DNA of 64,000 bases. Origin: Gracilinanus agilis. Lineage: Eukaryota. Location: NCBI RefSeq assembly GCF_016433145.1, contig NC_058134.1:210464350-210528349 (forward strand), given 5' to 3'. Position numbers and translations under genes: made by a program. Under the pieces are notes generated by a model. The model was not told the DNA's origin and made no database searches. It worked only from the letters and a program-made list of their open reading frames with translations. Positions 25,498 through 37,918 of this stretch are shown here, one piece after another. How positions within the stretch are numbered: position 1 is the stretch's first letter; each line of letters starts with the position of its first letter.

Positions 25498-25669
25498 CTG
25501 ATTTCCGGTTGACCTGGTTCTGCGGAATGATGATCTGGCACGAATTGGCATCATTGGTGTTCTTAATTGGGTGGCTCAGGATGCAGATAACTCTGATCAC
25601 CTGGCCTACTTTTTTTACTCTATCTTTTACATAACTAGGGTCACAGATGAGCTGCTTGCAACGGGCAAT
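25498..25669 (-). CDS. GDI2: GDI2 exon 8 (172 nt)
   Basis: Encodes [57 protein letters not shown]; canonical AG and GTGAGT sites. Confidence 0.96.
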
Positions 25670-25909
25670 CTGAAACAAAACAAAAGACCTTCTTAATAAA
25701 TTGTTTAGCACATTAAAGCATCAGTAAAAGTTTCAAAAGTCTTCCAATGACTACTTCTTTGAAAAAATGTATTTCTAGGTAGTTAATTGTGCATAAAGCT
25801 GAATAAAAAAATTAATAATTATTTGGAACTGGGATTGTCAGGTGAAAGAAACCCTAATTAGAAGCTGACATCCAGTCTGATTCATGTGCTGGATGGAGGT
25901 ACAAATAAA

Positions 25910-26760
25910 GGCTAGAAACAGTTAATGTGCCACGTAGGCACTGTGTATGCTAAGTTCCAAAAACACAAAAAAGAGATGTAAAAACACTGTGTACCCTGGA
26001 GAAACCCACATTCTAATAGAGGAAGACAACATGCAAATAAATACATACAGTGTAAATGGAAGGTGGTAACTTCAGAGGGCTGGGACTAGAACTGGATTTC
26101 TTAAGGTAAAGAATTAGACCAGTTTAGGGCTCTTCCTCAACTCTGCCTTCTGCCTTCTAGACATGGGAGAGCAACCAACTGTGCTGGGAAAGAACATCCC
26201 AGGCTGGAAATAGCAAGCAGGGCAGCACAGCTCTATCTGAGCCTGGAGAAGGGGAATGTGTAAGACTGGAAACATTGGAAGGGGCCAGATTATGATGGGA
26301 TTTAAATGCAATAAATTATATATTTGATCTTGGAGGTAATGGGTTGCTGCTGAAGTTTACTGAGTAGGATGGGTGTGACACGGTCAGACCTGAACATTAG
26401 GAAAATCACCGACAGCAGAATAGACGGTAGACAGGAAAGATTTAAGCCAAGAAAATCAATCTGAATCGGTTTTGTAATAGTGTGATAATGACCGTGTCAA
26501 TGAAGAGGTGGCCAGTACAACATGTTGTGAAGGTAGAAATGACAAGATTTATAATAGACTATACAGTCTACAGGATGAATGCAAGTGAGGAATCGAGGAT
26601 GACCCCGAGCTTACAAACCTGGGTGACAAGCAGGCGGGCGATGATGCCCTTGACAGTAACAGGAATGGTGGGAAGGTTGATGGTGGGATGAGGGGGCTAT
26701 TGAGGAGAAACAACTCCAGGTCTTCTGATTTCAAACTTGGAATCCAGGGGTTTTTACACT
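25910..26760 (-). mobile_element. Old L2 fragment
   Basis: Purine-rich L2 antisense text (gatggccaga/gaatgtaaatg-type motifs). Confidence 0.6.
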
Positions 26761-27108
26761 GCACTACTTTGGCAGTAATTTTTCCTCGTATATATATATG
26801 AATTCCACATCATACTATATAAACAAAAATATTTGACATCTAAAGCCACTATATCTCCAGTGACAAACTGGAAACTCTTAAAAATACATGATAAATGGCA
26901 TTTCAAAGGTTTCCAATAAACATATATACACATCTATATGAAGATTCTTATTTCCTATAATATCCTTTGTAAACCTAAAATTCTAAAAATAAAGCTTAGC
27001 TACATTATGCAAAGAATGAAGAGTAAGAAAAAAAGTCGTAAAATAAGATATTTACCACATTTGTCTTCAATAAGATTATTTACTACATTTGGCCATTTTA
27101 GATGACTT

Positions 27109-27293
27109 TTTTTTTAAAAATCCTTAACTTCTGTGTATTGGCTCCTAGGTGGAAGAGTGGTAAGGGTGGGGCAATGAGGGTCAAGTGGCTTGCCCAGGGT
27201 CACACGGCTGGGAAGTGGCTGAGGCTGGATTTGAACCTAGGACCTCCTGTCTCTAGGCCTGGCTCTCAATCCACTGAGCTACCCAGCTGCCCC
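27109..27293 (-). mobile_element. SINE1_Mdo-like SINE
   Basis: Full-length copy ending ctacccagctgcccc; short TSD attttaga on both sides. Confidence 0.88.
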
Positions 27294-27804
27294 TATTTTA
27301 GACTAATCATCAAGATCAAGCTCCAAGAGGAGTAACAGTAAAGGCTCACATGGCCAAACCTAGTACTCAGCTGTACAGAAATTGTCCTTTTTCACTACAA
27401 GATCCACAACAAAGAAAAACCTTAAATTTTCATCTTGTTCCTAGCCTGGTTGAAAGTTGTCAGGCTAGCCTATATAATAAGTTTAATCAGACTTGGACTA
27501 AATAAAGAAATAAAGAGCTATGTTTTGGAAATGATCCTTAAAAAAGAACAAATGTTTAAATAAGAGGAAAGAATACTCCAAAGATTACTTATCTTAGCAC
27601 AAGTGACAAATTTTACACAGGAATCTCTTTGCCTACACCTATTCTTTTACACTTCAAATATAAACGCAATTCTGAACACAAAATTATAGATCAAAGCAGC
27701 AATTCAGTTACCCAATCTCCCTTTCCCACTCCCTCTTTCCCCAGAGCCCAATAACATCACTCTTTCTCCTAAAATCTAGCAAAATCTATTCATTTTTTTA
27801 TTCT

Positions 27805-28047
27805 TGTTGCTGTTCAGTCATTTCAGTTGTGTCCAATTCTTTGAGATCCCATTTGAGGTTTTCTTGGCAAAGATTCCAGAGTAGTTTGCCATTTCCTTCT
27901 CCAGCCCATTTTACATATGAAGAAACTGAGGTAAACAGAATTAAGCAACTTGCCTAGGGTCACAACAAGGTAGCGTCATGAGGCTGATTATCAGGTCTTC
28001 CTGACTCCAAACCTGGCACTCTATCCACTGTGCACCCAGCTGCCCCT
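27805..28047 (-). mobile_element. MAR1-type SINE
   Basis: ttgttgctgttcagtcatttcagttgtgtcc...ttcttggcaaagattccagagtagtttgccatttccttctccag, the MAR1 tail plus CORE. Confidence 0.8.
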
Positions 28048-28081
28048 TCATTCTCATTAAGAAATGTCTAATACTCTAAAC

Positions 28082-28281
28082 CAGTGGTGGGCAAACTCTT
28101 TAAAGAGGGGGCCAAAGGAAAGGAAATTCTCATCTGTCAGTCTGCTTCTAAGGCAGCTCTTTCGAAGTTTGTATTGTATCCTACTCATTGTATTCGTCAG
28201 ATTAGGAATAATGTCCCATGGCCAGATAGAACATTTCAGGGGGCCACATTGGGCCCATGGGCTGTAGTTTGCCCATCACTG
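28082..28281. mobile_element. hAT (Charlie-like) MITE, 200 bp
   Basis: TIRs CAGTGGTGGGCAAACT and CAGTGATGGGCAAACT (15/16); 8-bp TSD ctctaaac/ctctaaat. Confidence 0.88.
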
Positions 28282-29151
28282 CTCTAAATGATCACACTAT
28301 TGCAAATATTAATAATATGGAAATAGGTCTTAACCAATGATACATGTAAAACCCAGTTGAATTGCTCATTGGCTGAGGGAGGAGGGGAGGGAAAGAACAT
28401 GAATCATGGAACCATAAAAAAATATTCTAAATTAGTGAAATTTTAAAAATTAAAATAAAGATATAGCTAATAGCTTGCCTCTCCCCAGTTTATTTTTATT
28501 TTATCAGGGTCCATAAACATAACCTCTTTTAACAATGGGATTTTATGGAGAGCAACTTCTTATTTTAGCACTTTCATATAACCATACTATAATGTTAAAC
28601 AAGTACAAACTATCAGTGTTAACCAAATGACTTCATTGATAAAATTATAAAACCGTAGTGTATGAGTTGCAAGAGACTAAATAGTCCAACCTCAACAACT
28701 GAGACTAGAATCCAGATCCTTTGACTTCTAGTCCAATAATATTTTTTCTATTATTAGTATACTTCTAGAGTGAAAGTATAACTCAATCCAACAAAAGCTA
28801 ATTTACAGCCAGGAATATAATTTGTGTAAAGAAGTACTTTGAACCTTATCAATTGCAACTTATCCAAAACTTATGTCGCTAGAAGAGACATAAAGTGGAT
28901 CAAAACTGAAGATATGAATGATATTTGATTACTTAATACTTTGCGCCTACGAGTTCAAAATAATCACTGGTAATTTTCCATATGAACATTTAAGTGCTAT
29001 ATAAATTGTAGTCATTATGATTAGTAGTACTAAACAGATTTCTTATATAATCTGGAAGCTATCAAATACAGCTTATAATAACAAGTACTTATTAAATTAT
29101 AAAATGTTGTTACATATCAGATATCTTCCCCCAAATCCAAAGGTACTATAC

Positions 29152-29251
29152 CTCTCCTTCAGATTTTACACCAATCACTTTTCCATCTTTTACAATGATT
29201 TCTTCAATTGGCTTGTTCAACATATAGGTACCTCCATAAATGGCACTTAGC
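29152..29251 (-). CDS. GDI2: GDI2 exon 7 (100 nt)
   Basis: Encodes [33 protein letters not shown]; tag| acceptor and |gtatag donor. Confidence 0.96.
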
Positions 29252-29389
29252 CTATAAATGAAAGGGAAAAAAGAATACACCTCAGTAAAAATTTTAAATT
29301 GTTCTAGTTGACAAAAATTTTCCAAAACCTTCATGAAGGAAGTCTAGAAGACTTTGATTTAAAAGTTAATAAGGACCTTTAGACAAATG

Positions 29390-32030
29390 GCTACCTGAAC
29401 AGATGCAGACTACACAGCTCCCACACATCAATGCCAGCAAAAACCTGAAATCCAATCTAGACCAAATGATCAAGAACCCCAATGAAAACTTAACAGTAAA
29501 GTGACGACTTCTACCCCAGAACTGCACAGAAAGGCAGCCAGAAATCCATGGGAATAGGAAATGGGGCTGCTAGCAGAGCCAGCACAGGTACTTGTTCAGG
29601 CAAACAAGCAGCAACCTTCCAGTGTGAGCAAAGGACGTCTAGAGATAAAGAGGCTAAAGGCCCCATCCCTATCCCAGAGAAGACTCAGGAACATCAGAAT
29701 GCCCCAGAGTGGGGACCTTAAGAGTTTAAGAAGCAGTGATTGTGTTGACCAATAAGGCCCAGCAACACTCAGACCAGAAGAGCCCATAAACACTAGCATT
29801 CTATCCTGGGACACCAGAGAGGGCCCTGAAAATCCAGTGCTCTAAATCTTAAAAGGTCCAGGGTAGGGTGAGAAGTACAGGAACCTAGAAGAACCAGGCA
29901 AGTTCAAGCAAGGCTGACCACTGTAACTAAAAGCACAAGGAGCCAAAGCCTGGCTCTAACCCAACAATAAAGTAATATAGATCTAGACATCTCCCCAAAA
30001 GAAGAAAAATTGTGAAAACTGTAAATAGAGGTACAAAAGGGGAAAAGGAATTTTCCCCAAGGACTATTTGAATACCTACAAGACGTGAAGCTAGAAATCA
30101 AAGATTTAAAGATTTAGGAAAAAAGAACTGGAAGAAGAGCTTAGAAGAGAATGGGATAAACCTTACCCAAGAAGTACACTTCTTGGAAACTAGAATAAAA
30201 CAAACAAATCAATGTATCCATGAACAGCAAGAAATAGTAGGACAAATCAAAGAAAAGTAAGATGTCTGATATCAAAAACTGACTTAAGAGAACACGTAAA
30301 GGAAAGACAATTTAAGGATCATTAGTGTCCCTGAAAATCATGGTTTAAAAAAAAGGCTTTAGATTTTCTTTCATTTTTATTTAATGAAGACAGATCAGAT
30401 CTATTAAAACCAGCAGGTCAAGTTAAGACAGAAAGAATCCACTGAACTTCAGAAAGAATAGTCCCAGGAATGACAAAGAAAAAATTAAGAGCTCCCATCT
30501 CTCAAAAAAATACTACAGTGGCAAGAAATAAGCAGTTCAAGAACCAAGGAACCATAGTCGGGATCACAAAAGGAATCACAGATCACCTGGAAGCTTCTAT
30601 AATAAATGGAGATTTGGGAATTCAGTATTCAAAAAGACAAAAAAAGAGAGGCTTACAAAGAAGAATACCTTACCCTCAAAGGACCTACTTGTACAAAAAT
30701 ATAGTAGCTCTTTTTGTGGTGGAAAAAAATTAGAAATTGATGGAATGTCCATCATTTGGAGAATGGCTGAACAAATTGTGGTATATATTGGTGATGGAGT
30801 ATTATTATGCTATAAGAAATGATAAAGCAGGATGATTTCAGAAAGAACTGGAAAGATCTACAAGAACAGATGTAGAGCAAAATAAGCAGAACTGGGAGAA
30901 CACTGTACACAAAAGTAACAGCAATATCATATGATGATCTACTGTGAAAGACTTAGCTATTCTCAGCAATATAATGATTCCAGACCATTCTGAAGGACTT
31001 ACAACAAAGAATGCTATCCACTTCCAGAGAAAGAACTATTGGGGTCAGATGCAAATCAGAGCATACTATCTTTCACATTAGCTTATTTGCATTTTTACCT
31101 TTGGGGTTTTGGTTTTATATGAGTATTCTCTTACAACAATGACAAATATGGAAATATGTTTTGCATGATGCTACATGTAGATACATCCAGATCAAATTGC
31201 TTACCATCTCAGAGAGGGGAGAGGAAAAAGGGAAAGGAGGGAGGGAAACAATTTAGATCTTATAATTTCAGAAAACATATACTGAAAATTGTTATTACAG
31301 GTAATTAGGAAAATAAACTATCTTCAAATAAAAAAATACAAAGATAAATACTGAACATAAAAAAAAAAAAGAATAACTTGCCCTTAAAAGTGAATTATAA
31401 TCCTACATGGACCAGTATTGGAATAGGGAATTTTTGAATATTTTCTATGAAAAGACCAAAGCTAAGTAGGAACCTTAAAATACAAACAAAAATCCAGAGA
31501 AATCTAGAAGGTGAATTTAATTGTTCTGTATGATTTAGTGCTAACAAGGAAAGAAGAAACAACTGTCCCTTCAGAACTTTACTTTGAAGCATACAAAGGG
31601 AGAAATAAGAGAAATAGAGGTCCTGGGGGTACATTGTTTCTGTTCTAAGAATTTGAAGAAGGAAAAGAGAAGGGAAAATAAAAGAAATAGACTGCCATTT
31701 CTCATAACTGAGATGTGGAAAAAAAGAGTTCACAAACATAAAGGAAGGGCAGAGTAGAGTAGGCAACCAAGTGAACCCCAATCTTATCTGAAACAGACAA
31801 AAGAGAAATGAATAAAAGTAAACAGTTTGGTGTAGAAATGCATCAAACTCAACAAGAAAACAAATGCAGATGGGTGCTAAAGAGAGAGGGGCTAATCCTG
31901 GGGAGGGAATAGTCACAAACAAAAACAACATCCAGGTCCTGATCAGAATGAAAGTAAAACAAAAGTAAAATTAAAACTAATTTTTAACTAAAAGTAAATG
32001 AAAAAAAGAAAAAACTGAAATCCAAAGGAG
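29390..32030 (+). mobile_element. ORF1-only L1 derivative (HAL1-like) with a nested L1
   Basis: 5' UTR, decayed ORF1 (LRIISVPEN, KQFKNQGTIVGIT, RIPYP | MKRPKLSRN), about 450 nt of 3' region and an A-rich tail. No EN/RT seen. Confidence 0.6.
30681..31368 (+). mobile_element. 5'-truncated L1 3' end nested in ORF1 of the outer element
   Basis: ORF2 end (CTKI..ALFVV..GEWLNKLWY), 3' UTR and poly-A. Diverged 20-bp TSD aagaataccttaccctcaaa (30661) / aagaataacttgcccttaaa (31369). Confidence 0.8.
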
Positions 32031-32940
32031 TCCAATTAAATTGGAAATTGCTAAATCAACTGTGGTAAATAAAAAATTAAATAAATTTAATTAAATAGAC
32101 TGAACCATAAGAAATGATGAAACAGATGATTTCAAAGAATCTTAGCTAGTAGGAAGATTTTTAGACAGGAGTGATGTATAGATGGTTTTGCTTGATGTTG
32201 CTTATTCATTACAAGGTTTTTTTCCCTCTCATTTTTTAATATGGGAGGAAGGAGGAAGATAGGAGAAAGGGAATAAGCAACAATGATGTAAAAAAAAAAG
32301 TTAATTAGAAAACAGAAGGAAGCCCAGAAAAGCAGGACAGTTTTGAAAGTAAAATGTGTAATTATTATATTCTTTTTTTTTATAAGTAAGCACCATGAAA
32401 TGGAGATTCTATATTTCTTATGTGATTCTTTTTCATATTCTATATTCATGGAAATTCTTTTTTGGTGCTGAAATTCAGAATAAAAAATGCTTTTTTTTAA
32501 CTGTCAAGAGCAACAAATGTAGAACTTGGGATAAAGCTGTGTAATCTCTAAAGTTAAGAATTTTTTATTACTAATTCAAAGATTACTGACCCCCTGTAGG
32601 CTAGTAAACGTAGCTTAGATTTGTTTTTTAAAGCACAGCTTCCAAAATTGTCTTCCAAACACAAGTTTCTTCTTTTAAACCACAATTTCTTAATTGAAGT
32701 GATACAATTTACCAGGGTGGAGGTACCTTCGATAGCAAAAGGGAAATAAAAAACGAGAGGGTTTAAAGGGGGAAAGATAAGTGTCATAAATTCAGGCCAA
32801 AAACAATAGCTTTCATCTCAACTTAGATCCAAGAAGTTTGGTAATCAAGATTTTCAAGCATATGCTGATTCCAAATGGCCCTCAAAGAAAGAATTTAACT
32901 ATCATTTAATAGATGGATAATGGTTAAAAAGCACTAAGAA

Positions 32941-33136
32941 AGGGGGCAGCTGGGTAGCTCAGTGGATTGGGAGCCATGCCTGGAGACGGGAGGTCCTAGG
33001 TTCAAATCTGGCCTCAGACACTTCCCAGCTGTGTGACCCTGGGCAAGTCACTTGACCCCCATTGCCTACCCTTACCACTCTTCCATCTATAAGTCAATAC
33101 ACAGAAGTTAAGGGTTTAAAAAAAAATTAAAAAAAA
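32941..33136 (+). mobile_element. SINE1_Mdo-like SINE with 15-bp TSD
   Basis: TSD aaaaagcactaagaa at 32926-32940 and 33137-33151. Confidence 0.9.
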
Positions 33137-33329
33137 AAAAAGCACTAAGAATTACCACTTCTAGGATAGTTCAATAAAATTTGTTTTTTTCATCTTTAAG
33201 CATCTAGTTTTTCAACCAAAAAAAAAAGGAAAAATAAAGAATCCAATCAATTCTCTAAGACTAACTATAAAACTATCAACCAAGTTGCTGATATACATTG
33301 GTGAAAGGATTTTCCCACACCAATGAAAA

Positions 33330-34000
33330 CAAGTTAGTCAATAAAAAAATTATAAAAATATCTGCTATGTGCTCTGTGCGAAGTACTGGGGATACAAAGA
33401 AAAACAGATTCATGGGAAAGGCAACATGAAAACAACTACATACCAACAAACTATGTACAGGATAAACTGGAAATAATCAACGATGGAAAAGCACTAGAAC
33501 ATATGGAGATGTGGAAAGGCTTCCTATAGAAAATGAGATTTTAGCTGGGACTTGAAGAAAGTAGGAAGCAAGGGGGGCAGAGATGAGGAGGGAGAGGAGT
33601 CCAGGAAGAGGGATAGCTAGTGAAAATGTCTCAGAGTAGGTTGAAGAGAGGAAGGCATAAGAAAGACTGGAAAGGTGGGAAGGAGTCATGTCACGGAAGG
33701 CTTTGGAAGTCAAACAGAGTATTTACTATTTAGTCAGATCACTTTGACAGCGGAAGAGGTCAGGCCCAGCATGAGTGAAGATGAGGAGAGGGCCCAGGCC
33801 AGGGTGGTGGCATTGGCTTTGGCGGGAAGGGTGTTCTCTATGCCATGTTACAAAAGGAAATAATGACAAGTGCTGTCAACAGATTTGATACAGTGGAAAG
33901 AGAGAAAAAGGAGCCAAGAGGGACACCTAACTGCTTGCAAGTCTGGTTGGCTGTGACGAAGGTGGTACAGTAACAGGGAAATTGGAAAAGGAGGAGAATT
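33330..34000 (-). mobile_element. Old L2 fragment
   Basis: L2 antisense motifs (gtactggggatacaaag; gatcactttgacagc). Confidence 0.6.
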
Positions 34001-35240
34001 TGGGGGAAGTTACCACAGACAAAAACAACAGTCCTCATTTCAGCAACTTAGAGCCAGGGAAGTTTGGTAATCAAGATTTACATGCATCCCACATAGAGCT
34101 GATTCAAAGTTGCCCTGAAGGAAAGCATTTATGCCAAGTAAAGGGAAATCCTCATTCTAACAACCAATCACGTCTGGCAAACTACCAAGAACTAAGGTGA
34201 TCCAAAAGCTGGATCTAAGGATAATGGAATCTGATTCAGTCACCAAAGTTCAACTCAAGGTTTGGGGGGAGTTTTTTGAGCTTAGCTTAGAAAAATGATC
34301 ATACTGAGACCTAATTTTTTAGATATGGCCAAGGAGAAATTTTGTTTGGCTTGACTATACATGCTTGGATAGTTTTGTTTTGCTTACTTTCCCAATAGGA
34401 AGTATGGGGAGGAAAGTGAGAGAGAGAGAGAAGGCTGATCACTGTGTGAAAATAAAAAGTATTTAATTTTTAAAAAAAGATCATCATATCTCCACCTTGC
34501 TTAATCTTCTGTCTCCCCAACCATATGTGAAGTTCCTTCACTTTACCTGTGTTTTCCACACAGTAGACACTCAATAAATGTTACTGATTAAATTTTTGTA
34601 GGATAGCAGTCATTCCAAAACCAAAAAGTAGTGATCAGGAACATTACTACTGCTCATACAAATGCAAAAGACCTGTTAGTAATTCAACTCAAAGTGAGAC
34701 ATCTAGCCCCTTCATTTTATAGAGGAAACAAAGGTACAAAGAGGTTAAATGGCTTGTCCTAAGATGATAACACACAAGGAATAAATGCCAGAAAAAGTTG
34801 GAACCAAAGTTCTCAACTCCTATTTCTGTTTGCCTCTAATGTCCTTTACTCCTCCCTATTGCCTGTTTTCCTCTGCTGTTTTATATTGCAAATTTAGAAA
34901 AGTAAAATTTAATTTCTTTGAAATATTTAAATTTTTTCATGAAAAGATACTTTCTTCTGAAAAAAGCACTGATGAATGCCATAATTAGACCTGCCAATTC
35001 TATGTTATCTTTAAACTATGTGGTAAAGGGACTTTCTCATTTATTCCAATAATGCAACAATAATTTTGAAATTGTCTTCAGCATCAAGCCTGGTTAAGAA
35101 AATTTGACTTTGTGCTACAGCCATACTTTCTGAACCACAATATTATTACTCATCTTATTAACACAAAACTTGCCTCTGAATTACTATCAGTTTTATTTTT
35201 TCCAAAGATTAAATTCACTCTTCCCCCCCCCCCCAAAAAA

Positions 35241-35432
35241 ACCCCTTACCTTCTGCCTTAGAATCAACACTGTGTATTGGTTCTAAGGCAGAAGAGCTGT
35301 AAGGGCTAGGCAATGGGGTTCAATGACTTACCCAGGATCACAGCTAGGAAGTGCCTCTGAGGCTAGATTTGAACCCAGGACCTCTAGTCTCTAGGCCTGG
35401 CTCTCAATCCACTGAGCCACCCAGCTGCCCCC
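35241..35432 (-). mobile_element. SINE1-like SINE
   Basis: acccc ttaccttctgccttagaatc...gagccacccagctgcccc. Confidence 0.82.
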
Positions 35433-35461
35433 CAAATTCACTCTTAAAGAATAAAAATTGT

Positions 35462-36680
35462 CTTTCTTTTTTTTTAAACCCTTACCTTCCAACTTGGAGT
35501 CAATACTGTGTATTGGGCTCCAAGGCAGAAGAGTGGTAAGGGTAGGCAATGGGGGTCAAGTGACTTGCCCAGTGCTACGGGGTTACCAGCAGTCCAATTC
35601 CCCTTGGGGGGCGGGACAATTGAGCGAAAATGGAGTGAGAAGAGCCAGAGACCGAGTAGGTTTGCAGTGGCTGATCTGAAGTGTCATCTGCTGATTTTTA
35701 TTTTTATACCCTCTTTTCTTTATGATCTCATACAGGTTTTTTTCTTCCCATACATTCAAAATCACATATTAACTTCTGAAACATCACAAGATTGACATTT
35801 CTAATTATCTTACTGTGGTTAAACAAAGAAGCAAGCTTGTCAAAAATTATTCATTATGGGCTGGCTTAGTTTGAACTTATTCTTTTCAGCCATGCATAAG
35901 GTACAAGTACATCAGTTCCTAGCTAAACATAATAGTTAATTATATTTTAACTAATTATATTATGTATATAGTTATGTTATACTATTCATTCCCATCATAA
36001 ATTAAGGAGATAGTTATGGTAGTTGATTACATCCAATGAGATACAATAATATCAGTCTGGTCCAATGTTTTGTCCCCATGGTGTTTTTTCTGTTATAGGA
36101 TCATTAAGAATACAGTTCTGGTAGGGTGATTCTGTGCTAGTTTGTCATTGCCTTAATTTCTTTGTGTTTCACTGTTTCTATGGTCTGTAGGAGTTTGGGA
36201 ACAAACTCAGGCCAGGTATTTTCTTGCTGGGAACTTTAGAAACTTGCATTAACTCACTAATTGATGGTTTTTTGCTAGGCTGATTCTAGTGGAAATTTCT
36301 ATACTCTAGGGGGTTGTACAGGGGTTTATTTTGGGAGAGTGGGTAGTCTATGGCTATGATTGTTCTTGCCATGAACCTGTATTTTTTTTCTGTGTCTCCT
36401 TTGAGCTGGATAAGGATATTGATTGTAATAATTTCAATGCAAGTGAATGTCACTGTAAAAAGAATCATATAGGGTAAACTGAGTGTGGAATTTCCATCCT
36501 CCTGACAACCTGCCGTGCTGGATTGTCAGAGCTTGTGAGTAGCTGTGCTAACCTCACAGCCTCGATGGCTTCCGGCAGCCCAGGGTCACACAGCTGGGAA
36601 GTGTCTGAATTCAGATTTGAACCTAGGACCTCCCATCTCTAGGCCTGGCTTTCAGTCCACTGAGCTACCCAGCTGCCCCC
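35462..36680 (-). mobile_element. SINE1-like SINE split in two (35462-35572 and 36578-36680) by an LTR
   Basis: The halves rejoin exactly at gacttgcccag|ggtcacacagctggg. Confidence 0.85.
35573..36577 (-). mobile_element. Solo ERV LTR, 1005 bp
   Basis: TG...CA ends and a perfect 6-bp TSD gcccag (35567-35572, 36578-36583). The minus strand carries TATAAAAATAAAAA (TATA plus poly(A) signal) at 35695-35708, about 120 nt from the 3' end. Confidence 0.85.
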
Positions 36681-36840
36681 TAAAAATTTTCTACTGCTAA
36701 GTGACATCAGACAGGCATATACCTTCTTTTGAGATGACTACTTTGATGTGACAACCAAATGCTGCACATTAATAGCATTCATTCAGCTTAAGTAGAAGAC
36801 TATATCCATGCTCCCTCAGGAGCAAAGATAGGTATGCTTA

Positions 36841-36984
<144 letters not shown>

Positions 36985-37719
36985 TTAATGGCAATTAGTA
37001 AAAGGTTTTCCTTTCAGCTATTTGTTTCCAACACTAATTTCATTACTCAACTGAACCGTGTCTAAGTGTCTGACTTAACTTTCAGGGTATAACAATGCAT
37101 TTGTCTCAATGAAATACCTTCATCAAAGAATAGACTAAAAAATGCACTTGGAGAAAACTCCAAAAAGACAGACTGTCTTTAAACAATAGTATAAAACATA
37201 AAATGAAAAATTCAGGGGTAGTATGTAATTATACTTAAATTATACTAAGTATTTGGACTAGGAGTTGAAACATTATTAGGGAAAAGGGACATATCTGTGA
37301 CCTTAATGATATAAGAACCCCTGGTGAGGAAATTCCCTTCAATGATGTAGACTATCAACTCAAGCATTAAGAGAGTTGCCTGAAACAAGGATTTACACAG
37401 GATCACACAGCCAGTATGTATTAAGAGATTAGATGAAGACCCAGATCTTTTCTAACTCTCTTATGACATGCTGCCTCACAAACTAAAAGGTAGGGAGTAA
37501 ACAAAAAGATACCAAAAAATATTCCCTGCACAAAACCCTTCATGTTTGTCTTGTTTAAAGAGAAAAGGCTACTTTTCAAAGTATAGGTTTCTACAATTTC
37601 ATCTCAAATGTTATGGAAAGTTTACTTGAAATAGCTAAGTTGTAAGACTTTTACAGTTCAGGGACCTCTAATGAAAAATCTTGGGATTTTTCAAAATTAA
37701 GACCACTAAACACACTCAC

Positions 37720-37918
37720 TCATCAGTTCTGTAAAGGGCAAGGGCATGACCAGTGAAATCTATGACATCTTGGCCCAAATCAAACTTCTTGTACACATCT
37801 CGCATTGTAGTCTTCCTAGGATCAATACCCTCAAAAGTTCTGGAGTCTTTTTCGTCAAAGTTGGCAACATATACTAAGAATTTCCTGAACCGACGTTTCT
37901 CAAACAGCCCCATCAGAC
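37720..37918 (-). CDS. GDI2: GDI2 exon 5 (199 nt)
   Basis: Encodes (S)[65 protein letters not shown](D). Confidence 0.97.

Noticed and set aside
30661-30700. ORF1-to-ORF2-tail junction as a microhomology-mediated internal deletion of one L1
   Set aside because: ORF1 resumes at about 31373 after a duplicated 20-bp target site, so this is a nested insertion and not a deletion.
31395-31931. 178-aa hydrophobic ORF on the minus strand
   Set aside because: It is the antisense reading of A-rich L1 ORF1/spacer sequence, which yields F/L-rich pseudo-membrane proteins.
32941-33010. tRNA genes suggested by A/B boxes (gctcagtgg, ggttcaaatc)
   Set aside because: These are the tRNA-derived heads of CORE-SINEs. 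There is no cloverleaf or anticodon arm.
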